Made by a program: the position numbers and the translations under genes | The notes under the pieces: model-generated | Told to the model about the DNA's origin: nothing | The model's input: the letters and a program-made list of their open reading frames with translations, nothing else | The model's database searches: none | Shown: positions 35,081-46,566 of the stretch, piece after piece | Layout: every line of letters begins with the position of its first letter | How positions within the stretch are numbered: position 1 is the first letter of the stretch | Assembly (NCBI GenBank): GCA_965645245.1 | Contig: OZ287075.1 | Coordinates: forward strand, 992,001 to 1,056,000 | Direction of reading: 5' to 3' | Source of the DNA: Massalongia carnosa | Taxonomy: Eukaryota | Length of the DNA stretch: 64,000 nt

Positions 35081-36831
35081 GTATGTCACGTGGACAGACG
35101 AGTCGACGGTATTGGTACCAAATGGTTTCATAGTGTTTCCTTTATGTAATGCAAAATCAGCGTTAGCAAAAGGATCTGGAAAGGTACCGCATCACGACCA
35201 GGGAAAGGAACAAAAACTTGCAACATTGCTCACAGATTTGCACACCGAATGACTAAGATGAGTCATGAAGTCACGGCCTCTTGCTGTCCTCGCGACGCCT
35301 GGGAGGCGTAGGTAGTTTGAAGGAGGAAGCGGACACATCAGTTCAGTAGAAACAGCGCTGCATCGCTTGTGTATGATAATGACGGGATGAGAATTATACC
35401 ATTTCAATCCTGGAGTTTCTTTAGAAAGCCCCAAGAACGGTTTCTGAGCATGTCTGACATAAGGCACGCTCGTGGACTGTTTGGAGAAAGACGAAATAAT
35501 TTCGGAAATTTTGAGAATCTTCTTTGTGTGTGTGGGGATGGGTGACGATACACACTTTAGAAAAAAACAGGGCTTTAGGCTGAGGAGGGCGGTGAATAAT
35601 GGCGAATTTCGTTTTCAAAAAAGATACCACATGAGTTTTCGGGTTTTCTTCTTTCGATTCTCGTGGTTGATGTGTCCGCTCTGAGTGAGTGGGTAAAAGG
35701 GGAGGGTAATCATATACCATTGTTCCACGATGGAGCGGCTGCTTCGTTTAGAAGGGGAGCATAGAAGTGCGTGCATTTTATACCTTTCCTTTCCCAAGCC
35801 CCGTGAGATGCCCAAATAGGGGGCTGTTTTCCATTAGATTCTAATGGATATTTTTTGATTGCTACCTCGTTAGATAAGTAACTGGTGGATGGTGAGTGAC
35901 GGGGTCCAGAAGTGATCATGCCTGGAAACGGCCCTACCGTCTCATGAAACCCGATCAACGGTCCTGGCAGCGACTTTGGAATCCAAATCGTGGACGAGGA
36001 CTCTACATTGATCTTGCCTTCTGGCGCATAACCCTAAATCCATCATTCATACCCTTCTACCCATTTAACCTCTACATTCACGCCCAAAGAATCAACTTTA
36101 TTGATCCTCCCCCGTTTCCCCCTTTCGTCGCATGATCTGAATCTTATAAACCTTGGAAGCATGAAAAAAAAATAGAACTTTAACGATTACAAGAGTGTTC
36201 CGCAATTGTTCGCCTTTCTCTTTCTTGAATTGTCCTGCTGCGAGGTTGGGACCTGGAAAGTTGGAAAGGAGAAAACGTGACTTGATGACCTAAGCTAACG
36301 TAAGCTAGTTAGTTAACCCTTAGAGCCGCAAGCAAACCGAAAATAAATTTCACGCCGTCATTTCTTCTATTCAATAACACATATTTTCACTTTAGCTAGG
36401 TAGCATTCGCAGGCAAACCCAATACCTTGAGACCCAACCACTTATCCTCAACACAAACTACCAACATTTATGGGTCGATACGGAAACCCAACCTCCTCCG
36501 CAACCATTAACAAAATCTGCCCATCTACGCGTCGCAAAGTTAAGCGCATTGGGCCTGCTGTGTCATCAACAGAGTTCATAATCGCAAATCCCGGCGCTGT
36601 GGTGTGGCTACTAGCGAGTGGTCCGTCTTGATGGACGGACGGTAATCCTGCGAGCAAAAGCATCTGATGAAACCCTAGGTTTGTGGATGGGATTCTTGCG
36701 GTATTGCGACCGGATGATGCTGACACCTGGCAAGCCAGCGCAACTTTATCTTCTTCTTTCACTTCTACTACATACTGTAGGGATCAATCTACATAGGCTG
36801 TCTTAAGATCGACAATTTACAAGCAACAACC

Positions 36832-38751
36832 ATGATCGCCTTCAACTCCATTAACGCGCGCATTCAGTCTCCGGCACCACTCCAAGGTCAAGGTCATGAT
36901 AATACTTTCACTTCTGGTCCATCCGCAGACTTGGAATACGAAACAAATCACCTGGAGCTATTTGATCATGAGATTGAGCGAAGCAGTCTAAATCCATCCG
37001 AGCGTTTGGAACGAAGAAAACCGATTGTCATTAACCGCGGAACACTCCAACCCGATTGTAGCCCTAAGATCATGGAGGATATATCCAAAACTCCCATGGC
37101 TAAGAACGGAACACCGCCTATTAACATAATAATGACGCCGAGCGCATCTAGGAGGAAGAGCAGAGCGAGAAAGAACGAGGAGGAACACATTGTAGAACTC
37201 GCTCAAAGCCCTAAACTTAGTCACGCTACTGGGAGAACCGCGCGCAAAAAGAAGCGATCCCAGAAGAAAAGTGCCATGGAGGCTGTGACAACTGTACGAG
37301 GCTTTACCCCCGCCACGTCTGGGGACGAAGGATCGGATTTCTCTACAGCTAACCTTTTGAACCGAAGAAACTTGAGTATGCATCGTACCAGCAGCATTAA
37401 TAGTAGCCCTGGCCTCCGATCCTCGTCTCCTTCCGCCCTTACCCAACAGATTGAGGCAATGAGCCTTGAGGCTTTGTCAGGGAAACAGTCAACTTTGAGG
37501 AGCAAGAGCAAGCTTGGCTCGGAAACTCCTAGCTCCGAAAGCGTTAGTTCTGCAACCAACAGCGATGAGGATGCGGCAGATATGATAAGCTATGAGGTTC
37601 CGCTTGAACATGACTTCGTCAGCCCCGACGTTTGTAAGGATGAACTAGATGGATCTGGGGATGCATTCATGCTCGACCATGTGGTTCGAAAGATGACAGC
37701 AAGCGACTTTGAGCCTTTGCGATGTCTTGGAAAAGGAACCTTCGGCACCGTTATTCTTGTCAGGCAGTTATCTACCGGCAAGCTGTATGCACAGAAGCAA
37801 TTTAAGAAAGCTTCATTGGTTGTCCGCAAGCAACTCGTGGATCAGACCAAGACAGAAAGAATGATCCTAGAAAGCATCAACCGTCACCCATTCGTCGTCA
37901 AGCTCTTCTACGCGTTCCAAGACCATGAGAAGCTGTATCTAATCCTAGAGTATGCCCAAGGCGGTGAGCTTTTCACACGCATGCTGACTGAGCGAATGTT
38001 CCCCGAGGACACGGCTGCTTTTTACATGGCTGAAATGGTGCTTGCTCTGGAACATCTTCATCACACTGTCGGTGTTGTATATCGCGATCTCAAGCCGGAG
38101 AATATTCTCCTGGACTCGGAAGGTCATCTCCTTCTGACCGACTTCGGTCTCAGTAAGGTGGCTGTAGATGGAAATTATCGTTGCAGGTCGATGACAGGGA
38201 CGCTCGAATACATGGCGCCCGAGGTGCTTTTGCAGCAGAGCTATGGCACAGCAGTCGATTGGTGGTCGTTTGGCATCCTTGGCTACGATCTTCTCACAGG
38301 ACAGTCACCCTTTCGGGCTGGCTGCGACACCAAAATCCGCGAGAAGATCCTGAAGCAGAAACTGGCCCTCCCGTTCTTCATGAGCGTCGACGCCCGCGAC
38401 CTCCTGACGCGCCTCTTGCGCAAAGACCCGAAAAAACGCCTCGGCGCGTGCATGCCCCGCGACATGGACCTCATCAAGAAACATCGCTTCTTCCGCAAGA
38501 TCGACTGGAAGAAGCTCGAGGCGCGCGAGTTGGAGCCGCCAATCAAGCCCATCATCACCGACCCGGAGCTGGCCGAGAACTTCTCGACCGATTTCACCGA
38601 CTTGGCCGTTAGCCCCGTTGTGAGCTCGTTTCACCCGCACGGGTGGGGAGACATCGACGGAGGCGTGGGCATGGAGGAAACGGATCCATTTGGGGGGTTC
38701 AGCTATGTGGCGAGTCGGAGCCTCTTGGAGGGAAATCATAGGTTTATTTAG
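36832..38751 (+). CDS. psk1: AGC-family S6K-like Ser/Thr kinase (Psk1/Ypk3-like)
   Basis: LGKGTFG, YAQKQFKK, YRDLKPEN, LTDFG, GTLEYMAPE; AGC C-terminal tail with hydrophobic motif FGGFSY. Single 639-aa ORF. Confidence 0.88.
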   Translation: MIAFNSINARIQSPAPLQGQGHDNTFTSGPSADLEYETNHLELFDHEIERSSLNPSERLERRKPIVINRGTLQPDCSPKIMEDISKTPMAKNGTPPINIIMTPSASRRKSRARKNEEEHIVELAQSPKLSHATGRTARKKKRSQKKSAMEAVTTVRGFTPATSGDEGSDFSTANLLNRRNLSMHRTSSINSSPGLRSSSPSALTQQIEAMSLEALSGKQSTLRSKSKLGSETPSSESVSSATNSDEDAADMISYEVPLEHDFVSPDVCKDELDGSGDAFMLDHVVRKMTASDFEPLRCLGKGTFGTVILVRQLSTGKLYAQKQFKKASLVVRKQLVDQTKTERMILESINRHPFVVKLFYAFQDHEKLYLILEYAQGGELFTRMLTERMFPEDTAAFYMAEMVLALEHLHHTVGVVYRDLKPENILLDSEGHLLLTDFGLSKVAVDGNYRCRSMTGTLEYMAPEVLLQQSYGTAVDWWSFGILGYDLLTGQSPFRAGCDTKIREKILKQKLALPFFMSVDARDLLTRLLRKDPKKRLGACMPRDMDLIKKHRFFRKIDWKKLEARELEPPIKPIITDPELAENFSTDFTDLAVSPVVSSFHPHGWGDIDGGVGMEETDPFGGFSYVASRSLLEGNHRFI

Positions 38752-40352
38752 GGGGAAGTTTTTGCTTCGAATTTTCGGCGAGGGTGAAGTGGTTGGGTGA
38801 GACTCGAGGAGGTTGGATATTGGCCCTGCGTCTCGGCGTTTATCTCACAGCGTGCGTGTCGCGTTTAGGAGCCTCGTAGGAGAAAAGGTTTGGGGGGGGG
38901 GTTTGGTTTTCCACAGGCGCAACACGGGCTGGGTGGCTGGATAGATGATGAGGACGAGGACGGTCTCATTCCGTACATCGTGAGCCCTGGGTGGAGTGGA
39001 TGGAGAGGTTGAAGGATGTTTCCATGTTCTTTGGTTTGCTTTTCCTTGAGCTTTCGCTCTCGTTCTGTGAAGGCGCCTGTTTGTTTAAACCGGGTTCTCG
39101 GCTGTTTAATCAATCACCTAAATCAATCACGAGAGTCGTTTTGATGTGTTGCTCCTGTTCCGTTCTACCTATTCACACCCCGGCCCCCGGCCCCGTCCCG
39201 AAATAGAAAGAAGAAGCATCATACAGTCAGTAAGCACATAAAGGAGACCCCCCCCCCCCCCCCCTTCCCCGGCTCAAGTAACTAGTACTCGTCTCCATCC
39301 ATACCTAGGTACGGCCCTTTTTGCAGTCCACCGTTTCCGCCGTTTCCCCTTTGACCAAACCACACCTCGCACCTTCTCTCTACCCTACCCTACATCCCAT
39401 TTTTGGCCTTTGCTAGGAGGAGGAGAAAGGTGGTTAGGTTAGGTATCTAGGCTATTATTGGATTGTTGGACTACATAAAGGGGGCAAGAGCGGAGATGGG
39501 AGTGGTGGGAATAGAGCGCTTCGGAGGTCCGGCTTGTCGGGCTGCTTTTTCTTTCCGTTCTCTTTTGGGGGTTTTTCTAAGTTGAGAATACGGTTTGGTG
39601 GAACTATTTTTCATCCCTATGATTCTCTCGATTATATACATTTAGAACCCATAATTCCTAGTTCTCATTCACTCCCTTCAACCTCCTCGACCGTTCGCCG
39701 CAAGTATCTCTATATAGCGTTATATACAAAATAGGAAAAGTAAAAATATAAAACCCTCCAGATGGGATATTTGCCCCTTTCCCATCGTAATTCTTTAGAT
39801 ACTTCGAAGGAAGAACCAGCAAATTATGGATTCTCTATCCCTCTCTTTCTTCTGCAATGCGTTGCAGCTAAAGGAAGAGGGGGGTTCAGAATGAAGGGCG
39901 TCCAGGTAGGTAAATAGGAGGGCGAGTAAGAATTTGACCTGATGATGTGAGGGGTGTGAAATAGTCGATGCGATGAAGTTTGATAGGAGTAAAGTCAATT
40001 AAAAAGCTGCAATGTCCCCTTTACCTTTGGCATGAGGATCGAAGGTGACGCGGATTGTCCTGCTGAGTTATGAACATCAACGGTATCAGTTCGTATAAGA
40101 ATGGTTGAACGTTGGCGGTGTAGCCAGAGGAGATCTTTGACATCAAGTGAGAAACATTGAGTGGGCTAAGTTGATTTCGGTATTCGAAGAGGCTTCATAA
40201 GACCGAATGGAGGAATCACTATAGTTCTGCCACTTGCTCGGTATGACAGATATCACTGCACAAGCCTCTGTATCACCACATTCAACTCGGTTCCTTGGCT
40301 TATACATATAGATATATACAACTGACACGCCCTGGAGGCTCCCGCGAAGTGT

Positions 40353-43300
40353 TCAACCGTAAGATTGTTTCTTTGATCGCCGCAGAAATAGCGGAATTTC
40401 AATGTCAATCTCCTCTCTGGACAATCCAAACCTCTTAAACAGCTTGAGACCCCAGTCCAAAATGTCACGTTCTTCTTTTGGCGTAGCAAAATATCCTATA
40501 TGAGCTATCTCTCTCGATTCAATACTCTCTGACTTCTTAGAGTCTTGAGAATTGGTTGTCTGATTTTCCCAATATCCATTCGCTTGTGACATAAGAGATT
40601 CGATTAGAACGCCCTTCTGGAGCCCCTGGTTTTTTCTCTTTTGGCAATCTATACCAGCTTGAATGATGGGTCTCAGAATAGTTCGTAGCGTTTGCAAATT
40701 TGGCCGCACTACCCTCTCAAGATCTTCTTTGGGGGAGGACCGTATTAAAAGACGCCTGGTTTTCTGTAAGCTGTCGTCACCGACCTCGTCACACCAACAT
40801 TGCCATAGTTTCTTCCCTTCGGAGCTTCCGTAACTCTCGACAACACCGCTAAGGAGTATGTTGAAAGAATGGACTTTGACCTCAATAGGTGCATTGAGCC
40901 TTCCAGTATTGTGAGAGTAAGGAGAGGTTAGTTTCGAAATTTTACCAGGGCAACTTTTAAGTATTCGGAAAAGTTGATTCATCATCCGTGCTTCAGAGAG
41001 TGCACGATCCTGAGATGAAGTCCTGGCGGAATTGTACTCTCCTGAAAGCAGTTTTTGTAGCAATGTCATTGCTTGGGATATCGACTTAGCGCATGAAGGA
41101 TTTTTATTCGATTCTCTTTCTAGCTGTAAAATTGCTTTCGCGATCGTCATGACATCAACCGGATGCCATCGCTTCCCTGCTTCATCGCGTAAATATGTTA
41201 AAAGTGCTTCAGCAGAGTCCCATTTTCCAAGTGCTACTTGACAATGGAGGAGAGCTCGAAGTATTATTGGCGGCAACGGAGCTTCCATACGGTCGATGAC
41301 TTTGAATTGTAAGTGCGAGTCTGCCGTGGCTGTCGCAAAACGGAGTAGAGCTGGCTGAAGGTTGAGAAGGGAATACATCTCCTGTGGAATCGTAGGTCCA
41401 TCTACATCATCACTCTTCAAGAGCCATTTCCCAAACTCAAAAAGATTTGCGTTTGTGACAAGGTCCAGAAAGGTTGACAAGATATAGACTGGGATTTGGG
41501 TATGAAATATCAAGGCCTTGGTCTCCTCCATTATATCAGAATGGTCGGCTAAGGTTGGATGTTGTTTTTTTACTCCCTCCATAAAAATATAGAGGAGTTG
41601 CTTGTGGTTCTCGTCTCGTAAACTTTGAGCTCTACGGAAAATTCGAAGGGCCCCTTGAATGTTGCCAAGTTTCACAAAGGAACGTAGAGCCTGGTGTAAA
41701 AGACCGAGACAGGCAGCGGTTGTGGTAATCCCAAGTTCATGGAAGGATCTGTTGTCAAGACTAGTAGACATAGAAAATTCAACCTCTGACGGGTGCGTAG
41801 GCGACATAAGTAGTATTTGTTCCAATGTCTTTGGGGAACGCACCACATCAACCCCTTCTGACTCCACAAGGCGGAGAATAATTGAGTTCAAGATGTGTGG
41901 ATGAAGACCCAACCCTTCCGTAGCAAGCAGGCGCTTACATGTACTTATATACGGATGGATGGTGCTACCGCTCTGGTCACCAAAATCCGTCGCGCGAGCC
42001 GAGGTGACCAAGCCATCTAAAAGGGCCATTATTACTTCACGGCTGATTGTACGCGAAGGAATATTTACGACAGGCGGCTGTCGACCATGCCCAGCGATAC
42101 CAATACCTCCAGCAATCTGATTCACACGAGAGTTTGCGATTATCTGTTCCACCATGACACTCCAACTGGTTTTCAATATCTTTGGCTTCTTGACAGATTC
42201 CCACCCCATGACCGACCAGCTCAGGAGTCTTTTGTTTTTTCGACTATCAATCTCAGTCGCGATCCACCCTGCTTCACGAATCCACCCACCTTCAATGCAA
42301 GACCAGAGCACAAGATCTAGCCATATACTTGGGTCTAGTTCGCGTACATGAGGCTGCCAACCTGTTGCACGTATATCATTATTTTTGCATCCTTCTTCCG
42401 TTTCAGTTGCGTTTGTTTTTGATAATATCTCCAGATCCTGAGCTCTCCATGCGGTATCTGATAATATTGTCAAGATTTGGGAAGACAGTAAAGTCAAAGT
42501 GGGTGGTCGTTGAACGACAAAGGGATCTTTTGCTTGGGTATAATAGTAAACCGAGCTGGGGATGGCGTTGACATGATGCATGTAGGCAAGAATCTCGAAG
42601 ACATTAAACATGATGAGCCTACCGTCGGGGTCGTTTACCAAACGGTCAGCTGCTTGTAGTATCATGCAGCCTAAACCTTGCCATATTTGTCCAATCCCTT
42701 TCTTCGTATCGAGCTCCACATATTCATCACCCTGAACCAGCATCTCATGGCAGAAGTTTGTAGGCGCTACAGGTTGAATAATATCATCAGCCCAGATGGG
42801 AGCAACCGTGAGCTCATCAAGGCTCATGCCAAAATCCGACCATGCTGCAACATTGAACCTTTCCAGCTCTTCTGCGGTTTCTGAACATTCCTTGTGCGCG
42901 CTCAAAATAGCTCTTGCCAGCCACATGACAACTTTCCATCTTTTTTGAAACACTCCAAGATAGCTGAGGAGATCAATAGAGTTAGGGACTCCTGCCCGCG
43001 CTTTTTCGAAGATTAAAAGAACATTGCGGATTAGGCGATTGCTTTCTTTACCGACCATACTCTCTACCAAATCAGTCTTGTTAAGTCGTAAGTCAATAGG
43101 AAGGTATGGCTCGAGAAGCGCCACCCAGGCATCTGGATCCTGACGGCGTGGGGAAAGGATAAGGGATTCGATTTTACGTTGGATTTTGGGATTTGAGAAG
43201 AAACGACCCCTAGCAGCGTTTTTCCACGGAAGCTCTGAAGCATCAAGTGATGAAAATCGTCTAATCTGAAGCTTGGCGTTTGTTATTGGATCTTCAGAGT

Positions 43301-43421
43301 GCTTAGAAGAAATCCAGACTGCTGCTGGAGTAAGGAGACCTGACATCCGCACCCGCAAATTATTTATGCCGAGCGCCTCGATGAAGGACCTTGACAAACC
43401 ATTGCACGTATGGCGGAACAT
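40353..43421 (-). CDS. 1022-aa hypothetical protein, possibly a mitochondrial helical-repeat (PPR-like) protein
   Basis: Long uninterrupted ORF; Arg/Ser-rich presequence-like start; segments such as ILRALLHCQVALGKWDSAEALL and HSFNILLSGVV resemble PPR repeats. Function inferred only. Confidence 0.7.
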   Translation of the reverse strand: MFRHTCNGLSRSFIEALGINNLRVRMSGLLTPAAVWISSKHSEDPITNAKLQIRRFSSLDASELPWKNAARGRFFSNPKIQRKIESLILSPRRQDPDAWVALLEPYLPIDLRLNKTDLVESMVGKESNRLIRNVLLIFEKARAGVPNSIDLLSYLGVFQKRWKVVMWLARAILSAHKECSETAEELERFNVAAWSDFGMSLDELTVAPIWADDIIQPVAPTNFCHEMLVQGDEYVELDTKKGIGQIWQGLGCMILQAADRLVNDPDGRLIMFNVFEILAYMHHVNAIPSSVYYYTQAKDPFVVQRPPTLTLLSSQILTILSDTAWRAQDLEILSKTNATETEEGCKNNDIRATGWQPHVRELDPSIWLDLVLWSCIEGGWIREAGWIATEIDSRKNKRLLSWSVMGWESVKKPKILKTSWSVMVEQIIANSRVNQIAGGIGIAGHGRQPPVVNIPSRTISREVIMALLDGLVTSARATDFGDQSGSTIHPYISTCKRLLATEGLGLHPHILNSIILRLVESEGVDVVRSPKTLEQILLMSPTHPSEVEFSMSTSLDNRSFHELGITTTAACLGLLHQALRSFVKLGNIQGALRIFRRAQSLRDENHKQLLYIFMEGVKKQHPTLADHSDIMEETKALIFHTQIPVYILSTFLDLVTNANLFEFGKWLLKSDDVDGPTIPQEMYSLLNLQPALLRFATATADSHLQFKVIDRMEAPLPPIILRALLHCQVALGKWDSAEALLTYLRDEAGKRWHPVDVMTIAKAILQLERESNKNPSCAKSISQAMTLLQKLLSGEYNSARTSSQDRALSEARMMNQLFRILKSCPGKISKLTSPYSHNTGRLNAPIEVKVHSFNILLSGVVESYGSSEGKKLWQCWCDEVGDDSLQKTRRLLIRSSPKEDLERVVRPNLQTLRTILRPIIQAGIDCQKRKNQGLQKGVLIESLMSQANGYWENQTTNSQDSKKSESIESREIAHIGYFATPKEERDILDWGLKLFKRFGLSREEIDIEIPLFLRRSKKQSYG

Positions 43422-44120
43422 GGTTATGTGTTGTTATTGAAACATTGCATGAATATGCACACCTTCGCCTGAGCTGCTGAAGTAACCAATCTGTCACGAA
43501 CTTATTTGCAGCCGTCCTTTCTCCCTTGCGAAGCAATAGGTCTTCCCAAAATCACATAAGAAGCGTTTCTTCATAAGTGCAGGTAGCGAGCACGAAAGAT
43601 CACTCATAGCTTCTGCGAAGAACGACAGAACTTCTTGGTGGCACTCGTTCGCCACTTGCTCTCTGTTCCCAACGAAGATTCAAATCCCATTCCCAAAGCA
43701 AACAGCTAAGGCATAAACATATTACTTACGAAGGCATCGAATAATTTACCTTCCATCGTATCTCTAACTCCTGTCTCCTCTTATAGCATAATGTGGCTGT
43801 AGTCATATCATCCTTTGAGCTTGTAAGAATGAAAATGTATGATCGCGTTTCGTAGAGCCAATCAAACGGTGTTCTCCAGGGCTAGAAAAGCGCGTCTGCG
43901 GCTTATAGTTTAGGACAACAAACACAACCAAGTCCATCTCCGTTTTTCTTTCCCACACAGCAAGCAACATAACGTGCCTGAACACTGTGCCCGCTGAGTG
44001 TATACAACACTATAGTACTTGAAAATGTATTTCTTAACTCTCCCTTCTAATACGTTAAAAGGTTAAGGAGCTACTGACCTCACCATAGCTTATTGAGCGT
44101 TTAAGTTTCGATTTTCGGGT

Positions 44121-45258
44121 ATGGGGGTCTATCGGCTTGGTATGGGCATTTCTACTTGAATCATACTGTTACTCTCTCAAAGTCGACTTAGAAGCTGACT
44201 TTAATCTCACAGAGGTAGCTAGTAGCGGACGAGCCACGTGCAAGAATAAGGAATGCAAAGATAAGCAAGTGAAAATCTTAAAGGGAGACTTACGATTCTG
44301 CTCGCAATTCGAAGTAATGGGTAAACAAAGCTGGGCTTACAAGCATTGGTGTGTGAAACGACACTGACAGGCTTTTGCATTGACTGATTAAAGTCAGGGG
44401 CTGCGTAACCCCGGCCCAAATTCAGAATCTGAAGGAGTCCATCGAAGATAACATCGATTATCTTGACGGGTATGAAGAGCTTGGTTCCGAATTTCAAGCA
44501 AAAGTTGTAAGAGCTCTTGAGGAAGGGCATGTGGATGATGCGGATTGGACTGGCGTAATATTTGATTGATTTCATGCAAGTTTTGTACATGCTAATTTTA
44601 AACAAGGATATTGAATTAAATCGACCTGGAGCTAAGGGAGTGCGATTATCGAGTACAAAAAAGAAACAGAAAGCTGAAGGTGATGAGGTTCGTCGGCTGT
44701 CGATTGGCTTAGTTAATATAATTTGTTGGAGTTTCATGCTTACTATTGCAGGCGGAGAACGAAGATGGGAGCCCAACCCCTGATCAGCCAGCCCCGAAGA
44801 AGCGCGGCCGTAGTAAGAAGGACGCGCAGGTAAATGCGGACGACGCCGATATTAAGGAACCATCAAGCAAAAAAACCAAGACTGCTAAGGAACCCAAGAA
44901 GATTAATGCTGAGGACGTCGATGTTGCAGATGAACCACTTCCTAAGAAGACTAAGGCATTGTCGAAAAAAGACAAAAACCGTAAACCCAAGGACTTAGAG
45001 GTTGAGTCAGAGACGGAAGTTCCAGCACCTAAAATGGGTCGAGGAAAGGGAAAGGAATTTAAGCAGACTGATGGGTCAGCGGCTAACAAGAATGATGAGG
45101 GTGACCATGAAGATGCCCCTCCAAGGAGTAAACGGCCACAACGGAAAGCTTCTGTACAGCAAAAGATTGAACCTGACTTAGAAGATGAGAGCGTTGAAGA
45201 TGAGCCTAAGATTAAGAAAGGTCGAAAGAAAGCTCATACTGATGATGTCAAAAAGTAA
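44121..45258 (+). CDS. PARP-type zinc finger protein with a Lys-rich tail, ~5 exons
   Basis: MGVYRL|EVASSGRATCKNKECK...KGDLRF...WAYKHW|GCVT; ALEEGHVDDADW; basic/acidic disordered C-terminus. Confidence 0.85.
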
Positions 45259-46566
45259 AGACTTATACCGCATCCTAAATCCTTGATGCAAGCTTGCTAA
45301 CGTTTCTAGACCCAAGAAAGCGGTAGGACGAGCGCCTCGTGCAAAAGGTGCATAATCGACAAAGGGGCTTCTAAGGACTACGCCGCTTACTGCGGGCTTT
45401 TTGACTTTTCTCAATGTGAATAGTTCAGGGGGTCGAGTTGGTTCTTTTGAACTGTCGCTCAGGTAGAGCCTAATTAATACATCATCTTCGCCGGTTTGCA
45501 ATCTCGTTGGCTTCATGTACCCCAATTTACATCCTTGGCTTCCTCTTGTGGCGTTACATTACACCGGGTGTGCTTGTGTAGAGGACTATCAGATACCCAA
45601 CTCATTCCAATAAACTCACGGGCCATAGTTGAAAAACTATGTATTGAGGCTCAAGGGATTGCTTATTCACTAATATGTGGGATCATCGACTTCACAACCT
45701 GTCTGCTATTATACCCGAAATTACGTGAGCTTAGATTTACATATTTCTTGAATTTCCTACATATTGGCATATTATTAGGATGGCTGACGATTGTCTGTGT
45801 TCTATGTGAAGTTTAGTTCTCGTTTAGTTCTCGCTATTGGTGGCCTAAAAGCATGAAACGACCTTATCGTCCTTTCAAACGGCCAACATATTGGGTATTG
45901 TTCGCTCCTATTAAGAGCTGAAGGCATCTTACAGTGCTGCTATCTATACCTTTCCCCTTCGTACTAAAAGGTACCTCAATATCTGTTTATACAGTCGTCC
46001 GAAGTAGGTTTTAAGACACCAACCTGAACTCCTCTTGAAAGGTGTAACCCGTGGTTTTGTCTCGTTGTCGCCTTGGGGAGATGGATTTCGATACGCTATC
46101 CTAGTTTCAAGTCTTAAGTCGGGAAATACTTCAATATTACGACTTAACCTTCAACACATAGGAGCCAACACTTATTCGTTACCCACTCACTACCAACCTA
46201 GCCACCCTTTACTAAAAGCTTCTTGCACCTTCCCAACTTCCTAAACTCATGCATCAACATAAACTTCCAAAGATTCAAGACAAACTAATACCTGACCTCC
46301 CAGCCACCCTCAACTATATATTCTTACCCATTTCCTAACTTTCTCTTTCTTCACACCACTTTTCCCTCTTCCCATCTACAAACTTATTTGCGACAAAAAA
46401 CACGTCCTCATACACAATAAACTCGCGATTCTACTTCCTACCTCAGCGCTAGCCGTTCAGTACATATAGGTAAAGTCTACGCCTTTGAGTTTACTTAAAA
46501 CCACCTATTGTCGATCCAATTTGCGTTGCACTTGGCTAATTCTGCGCTGCGATATATTTAGTGAAA

